Origin: Cystobasidiomycetes sp. EMM_F5
Lineage: Eukaryota
Length of the DNA stretch: 64,000 bases
Direction of reading: 5' to 3'
Assembly: GCA_051047955.1 (NCBI GenBank)
Contig: JBPGPT010000023.1
Span: 1-64,000 of the forward strand
The translations under genes and the position numbers were made by a program. Of the stretch, positions 11,153 through 22,842 are shown piece after piece; within the stretch, counting starts at the first letter, position 1; the number at the start of each line of letters is the position of its first letter. The notes beneath the pieces were generated by a model. That model made no database searches and was not told where the DNA came from. It was given only the letters and a program-made list of their open reading frames with translations.

Positions 11153-12932
11153 TCAGCAAGCGATCTCGAGTGCATCTCCTTCAGGAGCACAGTGATGACT
11201 TGCCTGCTGCCAGAAATTGTTGCCTCCAACCTGACTCTTCTCTTCGAGGGCAGCAATCTCTTCGTTCGTGAGTCGCCATCCTAGGCACTGAGCGTTCTGC
11301 TCGGCCTGTTGAGCGTTGCGAGCACCAGGGAGGGGTATAGCGCCTTTTGCAAACGGAAATATCGCTACAATGTCAGCATGGTAATCTATACCCTCACGCC
11401 AGAACGCACCCTTGCACATGATCCAGTTCAAAGCGACGGCAGTCATCGGCACATCTTGATTAGCGCAAAATAGCAGAATCAGCACAAGTTGCGGATACGT
11501 GCGACAACGCCCCTACCACGATACGACTTACTGCGCTTCTCGGCAATTCCGCGCATGACGTCCAACAACGGAGCCAGGGTCTCCATTGGAAAGTTTCCAA
11601 AGCTTCTACCCTTTGGGGGTGGGTTTTCCACAGAGTACTTTCCACTGAGTCGGCCTTGTCCGATGGGCGAATACGCCAGCGGAACGATTCCCCGGTCGTG
11701 GCATGCTTTCAAGAGTCCGTTGTTTTCAGGAAGGCGGCGAAGTAGCGAAAACTCGAATTGGTTTGATGCGACTGTCTCGGTCCTTCAGAATGACTCCTTG
11801 CTTGCCCATTTCGAGGGTAGACTCACGTGGGATACCCTCCTTTTTGAGGGCTAAATACCTCTGTTAGTATGGTTAAATGCGGCATATGGTATTGTCACCG
11901 CCCACCTTCGTACATTCTGACCATGTGTTCCTCGGAATAGTTTGACACGCCCACAGTCTTGGTCAGCCCGAGTTTGACGCATTCCGCTAAACCTTTGGCG
12001 ACGGTCTCTATGCTCGTGAGGAAATGGACCTGTACGTAGGACTCATGTCGGCATGGGTATGTATGTGGAGCGCAGACGAGCACAAACCCTTCCGTGTACT
12101 TGATAGAGGTCACACTGCTCGAGGCCCATTCGCGCCAAGGACGCCTTGAGACACCCGACAACGCCTTTGGGCGGGAATATGCGTCCAGGCAGCTATTGCA
12201 GCCAAGTCAAGATCAGCCTGCCTGTTGTGCCCTCTGCCACCACTACCTACGATTGGAACAGGTAGCCATTTAGTGGCTATGATTACAGACTTCTTTTCCT
12301 CCTCCGATGTGCGCGCCATCTGTTGTCCTATAATCTTCTCGCTCAATCCCGAGCCGTAGACTTCTGCGCTATCGTAAAAGCCCAGGCCCATCGCATTCAA
12401 TTTCGTCCAGGTGGCTTCGATGTTTGGCAGGTCGCGCTTCTCGTCATAGCCCCATGCCTGATTTTGCAACATGTTAGATGCGGTCTGTCGATGCGGACGC
12501 TGCTATGTCACTGACCGAGTCTCCCCTAGATGAGACGCAACGTCAGCTCATAACGTCAGTGCCATATTCCGCTTAAGCGTTTCCAAACGCACCACGACCT
12601 AGATTAGCCGCAATGTCAGCTCGAGTGTCAGTAGCGCATAAGCAAGCATTTCTCTAACCATGTCCCGCAGCACAGCTGTTTGCATTCGATTGAATAACGA
12701 GGTGAGCAAGAGTCAATGATTGAATAACGAGGTGAGGATGACGTGTACGACAGTGTCGCCTAGCGTGCTTACAGGCGGGACTTGGACACCTCCATTCAAG
12801 CCGGGAAGCAACACCTAGCAGGATATGGGTCAGCGTCAGCATGAAGAGCTCGCAAGCGGGCTGGAAGCAGGCGTTTGGCTGCCCAACCTTTGTGCTGGCT
12901 TCGAATGCTGAAACAGCGACGAGGGATGCCAT
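11153..12932 (-). CDS. Aldo-keto reductase (pyridoxal reductase-like), many exons including microexons
   Basis: LCCGTWSWGD, FYDSAEVYGSGLSEKIIG, IATKW, VGVSNY, NQFEFSLL, LAYSPIGQGRLSGKY, PLPGARNAQQAEQN..LGWRLT. Confidence 0.93.
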
Positions 12933-13176
12933 CGGAAGCCTCTTGACGGCGGTCAATATCAGTGTCAGTGTCAACAAACACAACTTCAGCTCAAGCTTAA
13001 GGTAGCAGCAGATTGGCCTGGAAGTACGCTTCAGCTGAACGCAAAGATAGCGGTGACGATACAGGGGGCACGTGCATTATGCTTCATTTCCGGGCACAAC
13101 AAATTTCACCGACGACACCGACTGCGGAGACGACTGAGATGGCACACACACAAACACACGCAAATGCCGCTATCAT

Positions 13177-16100
13177 TTACTTGGGCTCCTTCTTGGGCTT
13201 GGCTGCAGCTTTCGAAGGCGCTTTCGGCTTTTTGGCCTTGACCAACTTGTCCTTGATGGCATCCGGCTCATCGTCCGCTCCGGCCTTCTTCTTCTTGTCT
13301 TCCTCGTCGTCCCCGTCGGCCGCCACTTCCACCTCGAATGCTTCCTCTAGGTCTGGCTGCTCGACGTCTCTGGCCGCCGCTCCTCGTTTCGCTCCGACAA
13401 TGTCAGTACCTTTGTGGAAAGGTATAGGGTGATCACCAGCGTTGTATTTGCGAGTGAACGCAGTCTTGGTCGCTGGCTTGATCTTCTTGAGAAGCGGTTC
13501 CCCGGAATTGTCACCGATGCCCATGTCAACGAGACCATCCCACTCGTCTTTGGTAAGGTAGTACTCGTCCATGGCCGCAATCACGGCTTCAATCGCATCA
13601 TTGCCATTCTCAACCAACGGAGTGACGAGCGTGTGGAACAATGTCGGAATGTAGGATTGACGTATCTCTCGCCTGTCGCCAGACACCTTGAGTCGCATTC
13701 GGATCTGGATGTCGGTCAGCAATCGCTGCAAACGGCCTTGCGTCGAGTTCTTGCCAAACCAGCTTGATACGCGTCAAAGTCAGCTGTGCCTAAATGCACA
13801 CGACGAGGAAAGCCAGCAGCTCAGCTCACCCTGGGAAAGCCCTCGCTGAGCCCATTCCGTCCTGCTGACTGCCGTTGTTCCAACCATATCCGCCTTGTCC
13901 GTAGCAGTGATAGGAAGGTAGCACAGTCGATAGCATTCCATGAACAGGCATAAGAGACCAATGCTGCTGCGTGCTATACACAGAACAGGCTACGGGTCAG
14001 CCAGGATATCGCATCATGCTGTCGCCTACGCTCGACCGGACCTACCCATGTATCATTCGATCAACAAGATCGCCATCCGAGATGGCATCGGCAGCTTTTG
14101 AAGTGATTTCGACCTTCTTTAATGCGATCTCTCGAGGCGATCCACTAGCAGCTCTTGCAAACTTGTGCTTGAGATAGTTCTCTTGCACGAACAATGGCAT
14201 CACATCAAATTCTTGGAAATATATCTCGAGCTTGTTGCTGAGTTTATCTCTGTTATTAGCGGACCAAGCATATGGCCCAAAGAGCTTGTCCATCAGAGAG
14301 AATGGCGTGCTCAAGGAATTCGCGTCGCGCGAGTCGGTCCTGCACCGGATGTCAACCATACGTCCTCGCCCAATGGAAACATTCTTAAGCTCACAAACGT
14401 TTCGTCTCATCGTATGTCAATGCATTAGACTTAAGCTTCCATGTTGAGAGAATGTTGATCATCTGACGGATATCAGACTGGGTACCCATGACCAACTGGT
14501 CCGCAACCGTCTTATCAATCTTCATGCCCTCCCTGTGCATGCAATAGTGCATAACTCAGTGCTGTGTGACTGAGCCGACACGTCGTGCAAGGAATTGCTC
14601 GTACCTAAAGGCGATGGTCATCAATCGCGCTCTGATCGAGTCGGCCGTCGGCCTTTTGAACTGCAGTTGCCAAGTTGTTGCTAGTAGAGGCTTCATCTTT
14701 GGCAAAGACTTGTCGTTGGCTATACAAATGATGGGTACTTTAGTCTTCTTGATGAGCGCATTGAGCGCGCCGATACCTCCACGGTCACCTCCAGAGGTAC
14801 CGTCTACTTCGTCCATAATGAGAACGGATCTATCCGACAGATCGGTATCATGGGACGCATGCAGTTTACCTCCGTTCATAAAGCCGTCCAGTACGGTATT
14901 GTCAACCGTGCTCTTCAGGTTTGCTTCCAACAGTTTCTTGCTTCGCGTATCACTCGCATTCATTTCAATGACCTTGTAGCCCGCCAGGGTTGCAACAAGG
15001 TGAGCCGTAGTCGTCTTGCCAATGCCTGGCGGTCCGGAGAGCAGAACGGCCCTGAAGCCACCCGACCCGTCTGCGCCAGGCTTATTGAACTTTGACTTGA
15101 GATTTTTCGGCCTATCGTGGTGACATTGTCAGCTTCTAATATTCGGCTGTGCTACACACACTTTTAGAGGCTGCTAAAGGATCCACACACCATGCGTCTA
15201 ACCATTTCTGTAGCTTTTCTGCAACGCCAGGATTCCCGCACAGTTCCTTGACGCTTGTCGGTGCATACTTCACAGTCCAGAGTGCATGCTTGCTGAGTCT
15301 GTAGAGTGAATGATATTCAGTAACGGCAAAATAAATCACTCTTAGAGGGGAGGCGTACTGTGGATCCACTGCGAGCGCTTTTGCAGCCTTCTTGATCTTC
15401 TCGGCATCCTCTTTTTGCTTATCGACATACTTTTTATCCAGGTCTTTTGCGCCTCTGCATGCGATAGGCGTCATTGAGGCTTCACTGGAAACGATCGTGT
15501 ACGGGCATACCGTGTGGCGATCAAATTGAGGAACCCATCCTCGTCTAAAGTGGGAATTTTGTTCTTCTTGATCATTTCCAGCTTCTTTGGGCCCAACTCT
15601 GTGACACCGAGCACCACATACGAGGTCTTGCTCGAAACCGCGCCGACAGGCTTGCCACCATACCGTCTTACCAAAGCCTGTGCTTCTTCTCGACTCAGCG
15701 ACTCCAGCTCTCCCGTGAAAACAATGGTCAATCCGCCAAGAGCGTTCGGAGCACCCTCTGGTATCTCTTTCGAACCTGCGTAGCGGCGGGTGGCACTCAG
15801 TACCGGATCCTATCGACGCAACATACTGCAATCTACCTGGGTTTGCAGGCCCCTCTCTCGGTTTGTAGGTCCATTTCGCCTTGGGCTTTGGCTCTTCACC
15901 ATCTTCATCCTCGGCCTTTGCGGCTTTGGTAGTGGAAGCTCTTGACGATGATGAAGCTGTTGGTTTCTTTGGGGTTGGCTTCTTGACTGGAGCTTTCGTT
16001 ACGTTCTTCACTGGCTCGTCCTCCTCGTCGGATTCGTCTTTGGGACCCTTGCCATTTTGCTTGCCATTGCTCGGTCTTGGTTTGACATCGTCATCATCGT

Positions 16101-16572
16101 CTTGATAGTCAGATTCAGATTCAATCTTTGTCAATTTCTTCCTCGGCGCAAGCGCGTCTCCGCCTGTCGACAGTCGTTTCTTTGCGGGCTTCACGGGTCC
16201 ATCGTCTGAGTCGCCGTCGTCATCGTCTTCAATCTTCCGCTTAGCAGTGGAGCTGGAGCCGTTCTTGGACGTAGAAGCCTTATTTGCGGCTGCAACTGGT
16301 TTGAGCGAGACTGAAGCCCGCACCGTAGGACCTTCATCGTCATCGTCGTCAGAGGACAGCGTTATTGCCCTGAGGCGGCAGGCGGCTCCGTCAGTCTCTT
16401 GAATAATGGGCAGTCTCCAGCTCCATCAACATACTTGGCTGTCGCGCCGTTCTTGCTCTAGATGTCAAATCAGTCCGCGATATGCAGCCCGTCAGCCGTG
16501 GTAGCTTCCAATCCCTGGGTGGAGTAACATATGCACCTTGTTGGCCGGCGACCTTGCTGAGCGAGCACTCAT
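13177..16572 (-). CDS. RFC1: Replication factor C subunit 1
   Basis: BRCT domain (LTIVFTGELESLSREEAQALVRRYGG), LWTVKYAP, Walker A SGPPGIGKTT, EMNASDTRSK, IMDEVDG and the RFC1 C-terminal domain (MDEYYLTKDEWD). The start exon was inferred from splice signals. Confidence 0.96.
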
Positions 16573-16817
16573 AGTGCTGCGCAAGAGCGAGGATGGTCGA
16601 GATGCGAATGGTCAACAGGTAAATACAAAACAGTGGCAAACAAGCAGGCAGCAACGTATTTATGCAAACCGATAGAGCAGTCGCCGCACTGCACCGTGCA
16701 CACAGCTTGCTCGGATTGCATTGCTATAAACAACGTACGCTGAGCATTACAAGCGTTGCAAGAATCCATCGCATATCTGCGTGTCCGCTAGGGAGATATT
16801 ATTCCCAAGAGACGCAG

Positions 16818-19364
16818 CTAGCGATGACGCTCGAGCTCCTCCATGGCCTTGACGCTAGCGTCAACAGCTATGATGTTGAGAAGTCAGCAAAATCGTACCG
16901 CGAATAGAGTAGTATCAAAGTGGACGCACTGGCCAATTTGCGCGTAGCATTCTTGCCTGAAGCTACAAAGATGGCATCGGCCAACACGACGCACTTCCAG
17001 ATCGACTTGTCTTCGCTAAACCACTCTAGCCACACCAGTCTAGCCGGGTCTTTTTCAGCCACGGCCAGAGCATGAGTGAGCGATGGGATGGTGCCCGTCG
17101 ACTCTTTCGGATTCTTCAACAAGTTAACCTTACCGATACCTTGTGAGGTACTGCTTCGGTCCGTGAACTTCCACGAGACGATAGTTTGTACCACGTTGCG
17201 AGACGAGGCAGTTTCAGCCTCTTGAATCGCATCCGATTTCTTGCTAGAGGTAGCCTGGCCAACAAGCTGCATCTGCGAGTTGAGCACTCCACAGTACACG
17301 CCCCCACTGAAGCCCTTCACCGATAAGACGTAGTACTTTGTGCGTTCAGACTCCTTTCCGGCATTGGGTAAAGATGCATAGAAAGAAGGTGGGAACGGGC
17401 CAGGCTTGTCCTGCGTACTATCATCAGTGCAAGCAAGGAGTGTCCCTTAAGTCACTCAAGCTTACCACCTGCATTTCAGCGTGCTTTCGCAGCTGTGTTG
17501 GGTTTGACGGGAACAGCTGAATAGGCTGAAGGAATGGCGTCCCATTGGGTGCAATCACCCCATTCTTCCCAAGTCCATTCGCAACTGTCTGTTGGTTCGA
17601 AGTACTTCGAAGCTTCCCATTAGACTCTATAGCGGCCCAGCCCTGATCAGGCTTCTGATCGCCAGAAGTAGCACCATCATCGCTTTCCCAGCCTAAAGCA
17701 GCTTTCGGTGGCTCATTCAGCGTGCCATTAGCAGTAGGAGGTTCCGGCAAGAGCTAACGCACGTATAGTGTCAGTAGGTCACGCATAGAACTCTTACTAT
17801 TGTGATCTTACCTTGAGATGCTCAATGGCTTTAAATGCCGCTCTAGCTTTCGCTAGTTTCTTGTCTGTAGAGGTCGCAACGCCCTGTGATATCACAACGC
17901 CATTGACTTTGAGCCGTGCGACTGCTTTCTTGGGCGTGCTGCCCTCTTCATCGTATGACAGGTACCGCTTATGCTTCTTATCGAAGTACGACTGGCCTTC
18001 GATGTACGTGATCGGGTCGCTGCGGACGGCTTGCAACGCCGCGATGTATTCTGCGTCAGACGCAGTCTTCTGAGGTACATTGTTATTGGTACTTGTTGTA
18101 GGCAACGCCGGCGATCCCGCCAACCCTGCATGTCCAGCTGGTGCGGATGCTCCATTCTGAGCTGTTACAGGCTGCCAGCCGTTGACACCCAATTTCTTCT
18201 TTGGCGCGGCTTCGTCTTGGCTTGCATTACCATTTGTCAGTTTTTTACCGTTTGCAGCTTTCTGATTCGAACTGCTGTCCTGGATGTTGCCTATACCAGC
18301 ACCATCTGAAAGTTTCGGCGGACTAATCTGATGCTTTTGTAAGTGCTTGTTGTCGCTTACCCGTGCTGGTATCAGCTTCGATGGAAGGGTGGCGTCTTTA
18401 GAGAAAGAAGATGTCGTTGTTGCTTGTGCAAAGCCAGATGGCTTGCTACTCGACGGTCGTGAGGCTCCGCTTGATGATTCCTCTATTCTCGAGTAACCAT
18501 TTCTTGCTGGAGCCGCAATAGTGCCGTAATTGGCTTGACCGTTGGAGGATGCATTCGGTGGAAGAATGGATTTTACAACTGGGCGAGACAGGAATGGTAA
18601 AGGTAGAAAGCCACAGAAGCGATATCTCCGCGTTTTCTGCATCGTTTGGGCGGTCTCGGCCTCATCTTGTGCCGTAACCACCTCAGGTTCCGGTGCTTGC
18701 CCATGGGTATTAGCGTGATAATCGTGTAGCTGCTTAGCATCTGCAAATAGCGGTCAGCGTCATATGTCTGACCATGAGAGCATATGCAAAGTCGCACATG
18801 GCTTGACGAGCTCCTCTATCCAACTTTGTAGAACATCGACCCCGTGCACTTGGGCGACAGCACCGACAAATGCCTCGAAGGTGTCGGCACGAGCTGTACT
18901 TCATACCATCAGTACATGCGCTGTACTGGACGTCGACCACCTACTTTTCACATCGTCGCGAAGCTTGTCAAAGCTGGGGTGCAGTTGAAGCGCTTCATGC
19001 ATGCCGTATTTTGTGGCAAACATGGCCAGCGTTGTATTCATGACGAGCCTTTGGCGAATCGCGCTCAGATAGCTGACGCGCAATCTGGGATACGTGCGAT
19101 AGAGGTAACGTGCAACAATGGAATATCTGCGACCGGACCATCAGCAAGTTTTAATGGAGCTCCAGCTTGCATGACGCACAATAGAGCATCACCGACCCAT
19201 TCGAGGCGCTCATTGTCGGCAAAGTCCTCGGTGTAGCTGAATTTGCTACGCGGCACGCTCTGGAGGTTCTTCGAGCTGTGAACGAAAGCGGTCTGAAAGA
19301 CGAGTGGTGACAGCGAGGGTAATGCTGGGGCAGCAAAGTCGCCCAGCGGAACTGCAGTGTACAT
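16818..19364 (-). CDS. RNase III-domain protein with three dsRBD-like C-terminal modules
   Basis: AFVHSS..DNERLEWVGDALL signature, RQRLVMNTTLAMFA, VRADTFEAFVGA. dsRBD-like helix-2 motifs DKKLAKARAAFKAIEHL, SSKKSDAIQEA and GKNATRKLATVDASVKAMEEL. An alternative upstream start at 19436 is possible via a short intron. Confidence 0.85.
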
Positions 19365-19577
19365 ATGACCTGGCGAGGTAGAATTAGGTACCGCCAGCTC
19401 GAGCGCAAAGCCTCGACACTCACTGCCAAACAGCATATTTGATTCCAAGATACAGTATTCAGAAGTCCAGTCGTTGCGAAATCAACATCTGCAAGTGGTG
19501 GCAACGAGAAAGAACACGAGTCCGAATCTGGGCAAAGGCCTCTTCAAGCCGGGCATAAGCTACGTGTCAACAGCCGT

Positions 19578-21721
19578 TTACAATTTGGCCCTATTCCGTC
19601 GCTGCCATTCCTGATCTACTACCTTTTTCAACTGTGCCTTGACAATCTTGCCGTTTGGATTCCGTTCGATCCGAGTGCTTGCATCGTCATCAGTTGGGAG
19701 ACGAAGCATGACCATGACCGGAACAGCGTGACGTGGTAGATGCTTCCGTGACGCGTCAATAATGTCCGCCTCGGTGACCTTGGATCCTGGGCGGAGAACG
19801 ACGACGGCAGCTGGAAGTTCGCCCAACTTAGGATCCTTGACGGCCACAACAGCGCAGTCCTGAACGCAAGGATCACGGAATAGAGCATTCTCTACTGTTG
19901 TCGCCGCGATGTTCTCCCCACCTCGAATGATAATGTCCTTGGCTCGATCTTGGATATATAGAAAGCCTTCGGTATCGAATGACCCCAAATCACCACTGTA
20001 AGACAGGTCAGCATACACAATTTTGCTAGCGCAGTGTATACACACCTTTTAAAGAAGCCATCGGACGTGAATGCAGCCTTCGTAGCCTTCTCATCGTTGT
20101 AATAGCACTTCATGACGTTCGGGCCGCGTATGCAAATCTAGGCCACACTCCTTGCCTAAGCAAAGGATGCCGTGCATCGTTAACGGATAGCTCACCTCGC
20201 CAATCTGTCCGGTCGGCAGCTCTTTCTCGTTTTCGTTCAGGATCTTGATATCGTTGACTAGCGATGGCAAACCGCAACTCAAGGGCCGTTTCAGGTAATC
20301 CTCTCCAGCATGGCCAGCCACAACTGCGCTTGTTTCTGTAAGACCATACGCTTGACCGATGACCAAAGTAGGTATGCGGGCTGCAAGTGCGGGTACATTA
20401 TCACCGCACGGGGCTCCTCCAAACGCGATGGCCTCCACACTGGCGAGCTCGTCGTTTTTGGCGGATTCGAGAAGCTCTTGCGCTATAAACGGAACACCGC
20501 CAGTATATGTCACACCTTCACTCTTACACAATCGCAACGCTTCTTTCGTAGTCCATTTGTGCATCATAACGACGCGACCGCCGATGGCGGTAAATAGCTG
20601 CAGAAAGGACGCGCATCCGCTGCGAAGACTTTGTCAAACCACGCATACACTGCCGCAAGCAAAGCAGACTTACGTCACGTGGAAGAATGGAATCGCCATC
20701 AGGATGACTTTTTGTGGGTCTTCAGGCTGCTGTATCACCACTTCCTCACCCTTCCGGACCGTCGCTCGCCGACCTCCGTAGACTGTATTGAACAGATTGG
20801 TGATGAATGCCCTTTGCGTCGTTAGAACAGCTTTAGGAAACGAAGTTGTACCTGTCGACAATGTACAGGTAATCAGAGGAGTTCTTCGCAGTAATCATTA
20901 TTGCTTCACGGACCAGATGTAAAGAATATGAAGCCATCGTCGTCTGGTTGTACTCGGACATCGGGCAGTGATTTAACGTCTGCTTGATCCCATTTGCCGG
21001 AAGTAAGTTTCCCTTGTAGGGCTATCATATGTTTCGGTACGGATGTGTTGGTTCCGCTGACGAGAATCGCCCTTAAGCGCAGAGGTTTCAGCAGCTCTTT
21101 TTGACCGTCGAGTACGGCTGCCCTTTCCTCGTCGACGATTGCGAGCACGCAATTGGCTATTTTCAGACAGTGTACAATGCCATCTGGAGCCACCCATGCA
21201 TTGACGAGGGCGGGAACGCAGCCAAGAAGATGACAAGCCCAAAATGACTTGAGGCCGTTGCGAGCATATCAGAGCAATGCAAGGCAAGCAGAGATTCATT
21301 GCTCACGATGACCCAGTCCGGGCGGTTTCTCATTAGAATGGCCACCTTTTCGCCCTTTTGACACCTGTATTCCCTTGATAGTAAGGCCGCGAGAGCCACG
21401 ACGCGCTTATGAGTCTGTGAGAGATGCACAACATACACTCAGTTACGACTACCTCCAAATCGCCATCTATCGCACCTCAGCGTAAGTGAGGCGTTCGTTG
21501 CCCAGTACTAGATATTCGCGCTTAGCAAAAGCAGAGGATACTCCCAGCCAGAAGAGTCGCATCGATGGAGGAGCATTCTTGAAGACTCGCATCTTCCTGC
21601 CATCAATGACCGCCTCGTCAAGCTCGTGCATTTGCCCTTTTGCGGTGAGGATCTCGTCGCATTCTCGAAAGGTTCTTACGGGCTCAGGAAGCAATGAGGA
21701 GGCTGTTGATGCGACTGACAT
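19578..21721 (-). CDS. AMP-binding acyl-CoA synthetase (fatty-acid/4-coumarate-CoA ligase-like) with peroxisomal PTS1 (-AKL)
   Basis: FFTSGTTSFPKAV P-loop, QAYGLTET, GDLG, DRAKDIIIRGGENI, NPNGKIVK, C-terminal AKL. Confidence 0.94.
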
Positions 21722-22842
21722 GATGCTTGTGCTTACTGAGTATGGTCAGTTGTAGTACAAGAGATCCGACGAAAGACCGGCTTGTAATTCTGAACCGGCA
21801 GGAAGAGTTGCCGGATCACGTGCATCGACTGACATCTATCGCTCGTTTAGCTGAACAAGCAACTTCGATTAGCTGGTTATTTGGTCCGGCAGATTCCTGG
21901 CTCATGTACGATAACGCTGATGAGCACCGCGCAACGCAAATAACATACATAGCAAACAACATTGGAAGCTTAAGGTAGCTAGCTTGCCACAGCAAAATCT
22001 GCATTCTGTAATGCGCGGCTTGTGCCGACAACGCTGAACACCGCTGATGAGATAGCTTTAAAATGGCATCGGAACACTCCTGAAGGCCTCTTGTTGCACA
22101 GCAGGAAGTGGCACGTCAATCGCGAATCAATTGCCGCAAATGCCTTCTGCACTCGAGTGTCTTCATTCTTATGTGGGCGCATTCGAGTTTGCCGGTAGCA
22201 AACTTGGGAGAAGACGTTGCATCGTCAGCGATAAGTCAACTTGAACGTCTTTCTACAGTTATAAGCTGAACGCCTTCAGCAAAGCAGTAAGAAGCATGAA
22301 AGATTAAAGTCAGCGCTGACAGCCACGAACGCAGCTTACTTCCCGGGCGAATATAACTTTCACCGCAACAGATAGCTTGCCATTTCGATTTTTTTGTACT
22401 TGCTGCTCTCAATACATCTACGTAAGCGTGCCTAAGCCTGTAGACGATCTGCACGGAGCGCGAGCGTGTAAGTAAATGGAAAACCAACTGGACCTGATGA
22501 CCGCGTGAGTATTTGCGAGAGCTGTGAGTGTGCGGGCTGCACTTTACGGGAGCTGGGAAAAGTCAGTCCGCAAGGGCGGATTAGAATTTCGTTTAATCGC
22601 AAATGCAACATATTGCAGAGATGAGTCACGATGCAGAAGACAGTGTGCGGCAAAGGCGCGGACATGTCATGGCATATGGTGCAGAAAGCACAACTGCCTC
22701 AGAAGCACAACTGCTCAAGGATGATCGACTTTATAAAAATTTCCAAATTTGGGTCATTTGTTACACCCCTTCCGTGTTAATATAAGATATTGGCAGTGTC
22801 GACAACAACGAAGCTCACTACAAAGTACTGATACTCGGAAAC

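Noticed and set aside
22000..22300. SRP RNA suggested by CTGTAATG
   Set aside because: No helix-8 motif or long rod-like pairing is recognisable.
21910..22530. Three CTGATGA motifs as hammerhead ribozyme cores or snoRNA C boxes
   Set aside because: None is followed by stem II plus GAAA with closing stems (the closest reads GGAA), and spacing to CTGA D boxes does not fit.
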